Source: Okeania sp.
GTDB lineage: Bacteria > Cyanobacteriota > Cyanobacteriia > Cyanobacteriales > Microcoleaceae
Direction of reading: 5' to 3'
Length of the DNA: 32,000 nt
NCBI RefSeq assembly: GCF_035285525.1
Contig: NZ_JAYKGW010000213.1
Location: 3,077-35,076 of the forward strand
Of the stretch, positions 26,065-32,000 are shown piece by piece; the stretch's first letter is position 1; every line of letters begins with the position of its first letter. The notes below the pieces were generated by a model. It worked only from the letters and a program-made list of their open reading frames with translations. It did no database searches and was not told where the DNA came from. The position numbers were made by a program, and so were the translations under genes.

Positions 26065-27306
26065 ATGTTAAATAATGCCCAAGTTTTATTTGTCCCCTGG
26101 TTACATTTTCACCAACCTCCGATTTGGCATAATGGCCAATTGCAGGGAAACCTAGAAAAAATGCTGAATGGTGAACCTAACTCAGAAGAGTGTTGGAATG
26201 CTCAATGGTTTGCCCAAGCATACAAAAATCCGGCTCGCTATGCTAAACAACTATCTGAAGAAGGTCATCAACCCCGGATGATGGTAGATTATTCGGGAGT
26301 ATTGTTGGAAGAGATGGGAAAACTCTCTACAAATGGTATTTTCTCTAATCTTTATGTTGATGGGGAAGCGGTAGGAGACGTGATTAGTCTGTGGCGAGAA
26401 GTTCTGACAGAATATTCCGATACAATAGAATTTGCTGGTAGTGCATACAGTCATTGTTATTTTCCTGCTACTCCGGAACGAGACCACGAAGCTCAAATTA
26501 TGGAATGGCGAAAGGTGTTTGCAGATTTGTTTGGGGAGGATGCGTTATCACGAGTTAGAGGTTTTTTTCCACCGGAGATGGGAATGACTGGTGATTCCGC
26601 AGAAGCATTGAGATTTATTCGTTTGTTGAAAAAGTGCGGTTATGAGTGGATTATTTTACCGAATGCAGCATTGGAACATCCTGAAGGTTGGAGTACACCA
26701 GAGTTAGAAAACCGAGTACATTGGTTGGTGGTGGAATCAGGGGGTGAGTCGGAACGTATTCTCTGTGTGGTGAGGGATACGGATATGGGGATTCGACAAC
26801 AAAGTGGTCAAAATGCTGAGGGTTGTATTAGTGATGTGCGATATCGTGGTGGAGTGGTGGGAATGAAACCTCCTGGTTTGGTGGTGCCGACTTCTGATGG
26901 GGAGAATGGTAATGTGATGATGTTTGAATATTTTAAAAATTCTTTTGCTCCTCTGTTTCGGGAACGCGATCGCTGGTTGGATGTGGGTTTTATGACGGTG
27001 AGTGAATATATTGATAGTTATTTATCAGCAGGAGCAGTAACGGAGGTAAGGTTGAAGTCAACGGGAGGTTCGTGGATAGGAGGTCATCAACAATGGCAAG
27101 AGGGAGATTTGCGACAAGAGGTATTGGCAGCAGTGGAAGAGTTGAGTCAAGATTATGTCAAGGTTGTGGAGTCTGGCAAGGGTTCGGATGAAAAAAGTAG
27201 AGCGTTATTGTTGTGTGAAACCAGTTGTTTTGTTTATTGGGGTTCTGATTTTTGGGCGCAACAGGCAAAATTATTTATTGAGTGGGCAAAAGGAGTGCGG
27301 GAGTAG
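26065..27306 (+). CDS. Glycoside hydrolase family 57-like protein (compact, 413 aa)
   Basis: The GH57-type conserved regions are readable: LHFHQPP (region I, HQP), GFFPPEMGMTGD (nucleophile Glu region, WxPEMA-like), and PTSDGENGNVM (acid/base Asp region, DGEN). The family call rests on motifs only. Confidence 0.65.
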   Translation: MLNNAQVLFVPWLHFHQPPIWHNGQLQGNLEKMLNGEPNSEECWNAQWFAQAYKNPARYAKQLSEEGHQPRMMVDYSGVLLEEMGKLSTNGIFSNLYVDGEAVGDVISLWREVLTEYSDTIEFAGSAYSHCYFPATPERDHEAQIMEWRKVFADLFGEDALSRVRGFFPPEMGMTGDSAEALRFIRLLKKCGYEWIILPNAALEHPEGWSTPELENRVHWLVVESGGESERILCVVRDTDMGIRQQSGQNAEGCISDVRYRGGVVGMKPPGLVVPTSDGENGNVMMFEYFKNSFAPLFRERDRWLDVGFMTVSEYIDSYLSAGAVTEVRLKSTGGSWIGGHQQWQEGDLRQEVLAAVEELSQDYVKVVESGKGSDEKSRALLLCETSCFVYWGSDFWAQQAKLFIEWAKGVRE

Positions 27307-27425
27307 GGAAGTAGGGGAGTGGGGGAGAGTTAGTGCGATCTGAGAACATTTGTTTTAGTTGTCTCAAAATGATCGAGTTTTGACCCTAACTATCAGAAAA
27401 TTTGGCCCTGAAAAATACTCTAAAC

Positions 27426-27549
27426 GGTAGTGGTGCATTGTAATGGTCGTGCATTTTCATTACCTTTGTTAGGATGCACAGTGGGAGCATCTTGCTCCCG
27501 CGTAGCTGTATTCCTTATTTGCTCTATACCATTACTATGCAGGACTACC
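27426..27549. mobile_element. MITE with GGTAGTsSTGCATwGTAATGG termini
   Basis: GGTAGTGGTGCATTGTAATGG (27426-27446) and CCATTACTATGCAGGACTACC (27529-27549) are inverted, matching 17 of 21. There is an internal 7-bp hairpin, GGGAGCA-TCT-TGCTCCC. Confidence 0.6.
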
Positions 27550-27675
27550 CTCTAAACTCTTCCCTGTTCCCTATTCCCTATATACTTAGAATTTTCTGTA
27601 ATTTGACTCCTGAGTTATGACTTATGACTTATATTTGTTAATTTATCAAGATTTACATATAAAATAAAGACGATT

Positions 27676-28542
27676 TTGAAATTCAGTAGCAGGAGTAAAG
27701 CTTTGAACAACAAAAGTCTGTCAGAAGATTCATCATTAATCCCAGAAACTGTTGTGGATGAAGTTCCCGAAGCAGTAAGAGACCCTCAAAAGCATGAGGA
27801 AATTATTTCTACTCAACCTAACAACAAAAAATGGATTTGGAGCTGGGTAGGAATAATTGTTTTGGTTGGAGTAATTACTTTAGTATTACAAGTTTTATCT
27901 AATCTCAATCAAGTCAGTGCTTCATCATCTGAAGCTGAAACTGATAGTATTCAAGTAGATAATTCTGTTTCTACAGAGACTGCTAAAATTGAATCTGAAA
28001 AAAATATTTTAGCAGATTTACCTTATTCAGAAATACCAGAAAAAGAACTAGATTATGTAGTTGCTGATAGTGATATTCGACTGGAAATAAATGCAGCTAG
28101 AAAGTTTCAAGAAATGCTGAATGCAGCTAGAAATAATGGGATTAATTTAGTAGTTTTAAGAGGTTTTTTGTCTAAGTCTGATTTGGAAGCTTTGGTGAGT
28201 AATGCTAATACTATTGGGGAAAATTATAATAACAATTTTTCACCTTTAAGTTATGGGGAATATATTACAGGTTATGCTGTTGATATTGGGGATAAAAATG
28301 CACCGGAAGCTTATCAAAATGTAGAGTTTGAAAATACGACAGCTTTTCAGTGGTTAAAAAATAATGCTGCCTATTTTAGCTTTGAAATGATACCTGTCGA
28401 TGATGAGAAAATTGTTGGTTATGAACCTTGGCATTGGCGTTATGTAGGCGATCGCCGCAGTCTAGAAACTTTTTATAAAAGTCTACCGAGTAATATCTCT
28501 GAAGAGTCAGAGTTAATAGAAGAAAGTTCAGAATTAAGGTAA
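27676..28542 (+). CDS. VanY / peptidase M15B (D-alanyl-D-alanine carboxypeptidase)-like protein with one TM anchor; active site appears degenerate
   Basis: 288 aa with a TTG start (no in-frame ATG near the 5' end). The TM helix is WIWSWVGIIVLVGVITLVLQVL. The C-terminal domain reads ..LRGFLSKSDLEAL..SYGEYITGYAVDIGD..FENTTAFQWLKNNAAYFSFE..GYEPWHWRYVG. This aligns with the family pattern GFRS / SEHHTGxAVDI / EPWHW. Confidence 0.8.
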   Translation: MKFSSRSKALNNKSLSEDSSLIPETVVDEVPEAVRDPQKHEEIISTQPNNKKWIWSWVGIIVLVGVITLVLQVLSNLNQVSASSSEAETDSIQVDNSVSTETAKIESEKNILADLPYSEIPEKELDYVVADSDIRLEINAARKFQEMLNAARNNGINLVVLRGFLSKSDLEALVSNANTIGENYNNNFSPLSYGEYITGYAVDIGDKNAPEAYQNVEFENTTAFQWLKNNAAYFSFEMIPVDDEKIVGYEPWHWRYVGDRRSLETFYKSLPSNISEESELIEESSELR

Positions 28543-29010
28543 GCATTCAGCTATATAAATTCTATTTTATTAGTGTCAAAAATATTGCCTTTTTTCGGCA
28601 ATAGGTATGGAGGAAATGGTTTAATAATGGATAATTGATAATAGATAATTGATAATTACCTTTCCCTAAAAACGGATAGGATTGAATAAAAGGAAAAAAT
28701 TTATTTTTTTTCCCTTGAAAGGGTCGGCTTTAAACCTGAGTTATTTAATTATTTAATTATTTAATTATTAATGATTTGGTAAGAGTTTCAGAGTTTATTT
28801 CTAATTTTTGATTTGTTGCATTTAGGATTGCTATATTAGCATTCAGCATTTCCTGCGGAATACTTCGCAGGTATAACTTTTAATTCTTTTTAGAGGCTAA
28901 TTCCTTCTTTTGTATATTAATAAATTATAATAATTCAAAGCTGTTAACGCAGTTCCTCTGTTTGCGGAGAAGTCCGTTTGCGAAGCATTCCGGAGGAAAG
29001 AAGAAAAGGC

Positions 29011-29047
29011 TAGCTGATAGCTGATAGCTAATAACTGATAGCTAAAT
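29011..29047. repeat. STRR tract, CTGATAG/CTGATAA heptamers
   Basis: TAGCTGATAGCTGATAGCTAATAACTGATAGCTAAAT lies about 40 nt upstream of the aspartoacylase start. Similar tracts are at 6194-6213, 19301-19326 and 25721-25747. Confidence 0.85.
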
Positions 29048-29089
29048 GCTTACGAATTAAGTACAGGTGAATAATTATTATTTAGGATA

Positions 29090-29974
29090 ATGGAAAAAAT
29101 TAATAAATTAGCAATTGTCGGTGGAACCCACGGAAATGAATTTACAGGAATATACCTGGTTAAAAAGTTTGAAAAGTTTCCTGATTTGATTAGTAGAACA
29201 AATTTTGAGACTAACACATTATTGGCTAATCCCAAAGCATTTGAGTTAGTTAGAAGATATGTTGATACAGATTTAAACCGTTGTTTTAAAGCCGAATATT
29301 TAGAAAAGGATACTAATCTTAACTATGAACAAAGTAGAGCCAGGTTTATTAATCAAATGTTAGGTCCGAAAGGAAATCCTAAATTTGATTTTATTTTAGA
29401 TTTGCATACTACTACTGCTAATATGGGATTAACAATTGTTTTAGTAAATAATCATCCTTTTAATTTAAAAATGGTTGCTTATTTAAGTTCATTTGAACCA
29501 GATTTGAAGGTGTATAGTTGGATTAATCCAGGAGTGGAAAATTCTTTTGTCAATTCTATATGTGAATGTAGTTTAGGTATTGAAGTAGGTCCGATTGCTC
29601 CAGGAACTCTTCAGGCAGATTTATTTCAGAAAACCGAAAAATTAGTGCAAAGAAGTTTAGATTTTATTGAACAATTTAATGAAGGTAAGCTACATCATAT
29701 AAATCGGGATATTGTAGTTTATAAACATTTAAAAGTTGTGGATTATCCTAAAAATAAACATGGAGAAATAACCGCAATGATTCACCCTGAGCTGCAAGGG
29801 AGAGATTATCAAAAATTAAATCCGGGCGCTCCCATCTTTTTAACTTTTGATGGTGAAACAATTTGTTATGATGAGGAAAGTTCTGTATGGCCTGTTTTTA
29901 TTAATGAGGTAGCTTATTATGAAAAAGGAATTGCTTTTTGTTTGACAAAACAAGAAATAATTAATCATGGATAA
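29090..29974 (+). CDS. Aspartoacylase-family (AstE/AspA, M14-like) zinc hydrolase
   Basis: 294 aa. [21 protein letters not shown] (HxxE zinc motif), DLNRCF, and [13 protein letters not shown] (second zinc His) are typical of aspartoacylase / succinylglutamate desuccinylase family proteins. Confidence 0.85.
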   Translation: MEKINKLAIVGGTHGNEFTGIYLVKKFEKFPDLISRTNFETNTLLANPKAFELVRRYVDTDLNRCFKAEYLEKDTNLNYEQSRARFINQMLGPKGNPKFDFILDLHTTTANMGLTIVLVNNHPFNLKMVAYLSSFEPDLKVYSWINPGVENSFVNSICECSLGIEVGPIAPGTLQADLFQKTEKLVQRSLDFIEQFNEGKLHHINRDIVVYKHLKVVDYPKNKHGEITAMIHPELQGRDYQKLNPGAPIFLTFDGETICYDEESSVWPVFINEVAYYEKGIAFCLTKQEIINHG

Positions 29975-30036
29975 TTGATAATTGGGTGCATCTCATAGAA
30001 CGCAAAAATACTTTATATCTATTCCCAACAACTCTT

Positions 30037-30252
30037 ATGAAAATATTACTTATTAAATTAATTAAAGGCTACAAAATTTTAATTTCCCCAATGTTACCTC
30101 CATCATGTCGTTTTCAACCAACTTGTTCAGAATATGCAATGGAGGCGATCGAAAGATTTGGCATTTTTAAAGGTAGCAGAATGGCAATGATGCGAATTTT
30201 GCGTTGTCATCCTTTTCATCCAGGTGGTTATGATCCGGTTCCTCCTAAATAA
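30037..30252 (+). CDS. yidD: Membrane protein insertion efficiency factor YidD
   Basis: Track ORF 29986-30252 starts at a GTG. The ATG at 30037 gives [71 protein letters not shown], the canonical YidD sequence pattern. Confidence 0.9.
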   Translation: MKILLIKLIKGYKILISPMLPPSCRFQPTCSEYAMEAIERFGIFKGSRMAMMRILRCHPFHPGGYDPVPPK

Positions 30253-30321
30253 GGTAATGGAGTCCCTCATCCGTAATTAAAATTAAGCGATCGCGCATTT
30301 TTGTTACTTCAGGAATAATTT

Positions 30322-30689
30322 AGGGCTTACGCAGCGACTTTAGATATAGCACTTAAAACTCCATACGCAATTGTTTTTTTTGACTCTATATAGGACTTGC
30401 GTATGGAAATCTGAAAGAATTGAAAGATAAAGCTTTTAGAATTTTTAAGTCTGGAAAAAGTGTCAGTTTTTAGGTCAAAAAGGTTGAAAAAGTTAGCATC
30501 AGAAGGCTCACGTTTGAGGTGAAAAATTAAGAGAAAATTCTTACTTCTAATTCCTCTATAACTCTCATTCCTCCTGACTTCCCCTTCCCCTCCTGGGAAG
30601 GGTTAAGGGTGGGTTTACTTCCTACTCTCTACGTTCACCAAAAGACTTTTGAGCGCAAACCCTATGTATAGTACCTTTGCGTAATTCCT
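30322..30689. mobile_element. Family A MITE split by nested insertions (including family C repeat 30551-30666)
   Basis: The left end AGGGCTTACGCAGCGACTTTAGATATAGCACTTAAAACTC is colinear with the 13799-13888 copy. The right end is CTATGTATAGTACCTTTGCGTAATTCCT (to 30689). The interior holds a CCATACGCAA...TTGCGTATGG mini-palindrome and the family C unit. Confidence 0.55.
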
Positions 30690-30754
30690 GTAATTACTAA
30701 ATCTTCTGGTAAAATAAGTTGGTATAAAATACATTATCTTTAATTAAATTAACT

Positions 30755-32000
30755 ATGCAGAAGATTCTTAATTATCAAATTCTGGAGCAAATATATGCCA
30801 GCGAACGTACAACTATTTATCGTGCTTATGTAGAATCATCGAAAAAATTAGTTATTCTGAAACTACCAAATCATCTTTATCCTAATTTAAAACAATTAGC
30901 TCAATATCGCAGTGCTTACACACTTATTAAAGACTTAAATTTTCCCGGAATAGTTAAAATGCTGGCATTGGAAAAATTTGAGCAACGTTTAATATTAGTG
31001 ATGGAAGATTTTGGGGGTATTTCACTTTACCAATATCTAAGTAACCAAGATACTTCTAGTTTAAATATTATTCCTCTAGAAATTAGTGATTTTTTTCACA
31101 TTGCTCTACAAATAGTTAATCCCCTAAAAAAATTACATAATCATCAAATAATTCATAAAGACATTAAACCTCAAAATATTATTATTAATCCTCATACAAA
31201 AAGGATCCAAATTATAGACTTTAGTAGCATAACTAAACTACCAAAAGAAAAAGTAGAAGTTCGTAATCCTAATACCTGGGAAGGAACTTTAGCCTATATA
31301 TCACCAGAGCAAACTGGAAGAATGAATAGAGGTATTGATTTTCGCAGCGATTTATACTCATTAGGAGTCACATTTTATCAACTATTAACTGGGCAACTTC
31401 CTTTTACTTCAGAAGACCCAATGGAGTTAGTTCATTGTCATATTGCTAAGATTCCTCAACCTATAATTGATATTAATTTTAATATACCAAAACCTCTCAA
31501 TGATATAGTTTTGAAATTGATGGCGAAAATGCCAGAAGAACGCTATCAAAGTCTAAAAGGATTAGGACACGATCTAAAAAAATGTCAGTATGAATGGAAA
31601 AATAATCGACAAATAGGGTTATTTGATTTAGGTACAAAAGACCGGAGTAAAAGTTTAATGATCTCAGAAAAAATTTATGGCAGAGATCGAGAATTAGAGA
31701 AATTACTGACAGCTTTTGATCGGGTTTCTGACCAAGAAAAACCCCAAAGTGAATTGATGTTACTAGGAGGATTTTCTGGGATTGGCAAATCAGTATTAGT
31801 GAATGAAATTCATAAACCTATAGTTGAGAAAAGAGGTTATTTTATTGCGGGGAAATTTGACCAATTTCAAAGAAATATTCCCTTTTTAGCTTGGTTAAAT
31901 GCTTTTGCCGAATTGATTAAACAAATCCTTAGTGAACCAGAAGCAAAATTACAGGCGATCGCTATTAAATTACAACAGGTATTAGGAGAAGAAGCACAAG
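30755..32000 (+). CDS. Ser/Thr protein kinase fused to an AAA/STAND-type ATPase domain (5' part; continues beyond the right edge)
   Basis: Not in the ORF track because there is no stop in the window. The ATG at 30755 gives MQKILNYQILEQIYASERTTIYRAYVESSKKLVILK (VAIK-like Lys), HKDIKPQNIII (catalytic loop), IIDFS (DFG-like) and GTLAYISPEQ (APE). After about 300 aa come IYGRDRELEKLL and the Walker A-like GGFSGIGKS. This matches the N-terminus of the large cyanobacterial kinase-ATPase-sensor proteins. Confidence 0.9.
   Translation, partial: MQKILNYQILEQIYASERTTIYRAYVESSKKLVILKLPNHLYPNLKQLAQYRSAYTLIKDLNFPGIVKMLALEKFEQRLILVMEDFGGISLYQYLSNQDTSSLNIIPLEISDFFHIALQIVNPLKKLHNHQIIHKDIKPQNIIINPHTKRIQIIDFSSITKLPKEKVEVRNPNTWEGTLAYISPEQTGRMNRGIDFRSDLYSLGVTFYQLLTGQLPFTSEDPMELVHCHIAKIPQPIIDINFNIPKPLNDIVLKLMAKMPEERYQSLKGLGHDLKKCQYEWKNNRQIGLFDLGTKDRSKSLMISEKIYGRDRELEKLLTAFDRVSDQEKPQSELMLLGGFSGIGKSVLVNEIHKPIVEKRGYFIAGKFDQFQRNIPFLAWLNAFAELIKQILSEPEAKLQAIAIKLQQVLGEEAQ

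Noticed and set aside
26065-27306. Inter-phylum horizontal transfer of the GH57-like gene
   Set aside because: GC looks elevated, but the gene contains a HIP1 octamer (GCGATCGC) and uses codons similar to its neighbours. There is no evidence for a non-cyanobacterial origin.

Overview
AT-rich (about 35% GC by eye) cyanobacterial chromosomal segment, probably from a filamentous Nostocales-type genome. This origin is an inference from three things: HIP1 octamers GCGATCGC (at 1047, 2574, 12391, 22677, 28448, 31955), heptameric STRR tracts (CTGATAA, GGGAGTA and GGGAACA types), and cyanobacteria-typical genes (Tab2, CRR6-like, class II FBA). The window is mostly ordinary housekeeping or conserved genes separated by intergenic regions packed with nested MITE-like repeats. 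Left to right the genes are: ECF sigma factor (partial), CRR6-like, GT9 glycosyltransferase, small conserved ORF, CapA-family protein, aldose 1-epimerase, tRNA-Lys(UUU), fructose-bisphosphate aldolase class II, and DUF433. Next comes a cluster of decayed toxin-antitoxin/nuclease genes (vapBC-like, Uma2, and a small antitoxin-like ORF). After that: an RDD-HEAT-pentapeptide membrane protein, a small membrane protein, a DUF1517-like protein, a lipoxygenase, MTA phosphorylase, a 5'-only TnpB relic, Tab2, an AvtA-like aminotransferase, an LRAT-like relic, an orphan 192-aa ORF, a GH57-like enzyme, a VanY-like protein, aspartoacylase, YidD, and a Ser/Thr kinase-AAA protein (partial). The two edge genes (1-577 minus strand, 30755-32000 plus strand) are absent from the supplied ORF track because they run off the window. 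I found no convincing coherent multi-gene novel system. The observations I rank highest are: (1) a lipoxygenase, rare in bacteria, with Asn at a canonical iron-ligand His position; (2) a GC-rich, GNRA-capped structured element between mtnP and the TnpB relic; (3) a tandem array of 36-nt hairpin units; (4) inverted repeats bracketing the aminotransferase gene; and (5) a VanY-like protein with a degenerated metal site. All homology calls come from reading motifs by eye, and no database search was run.
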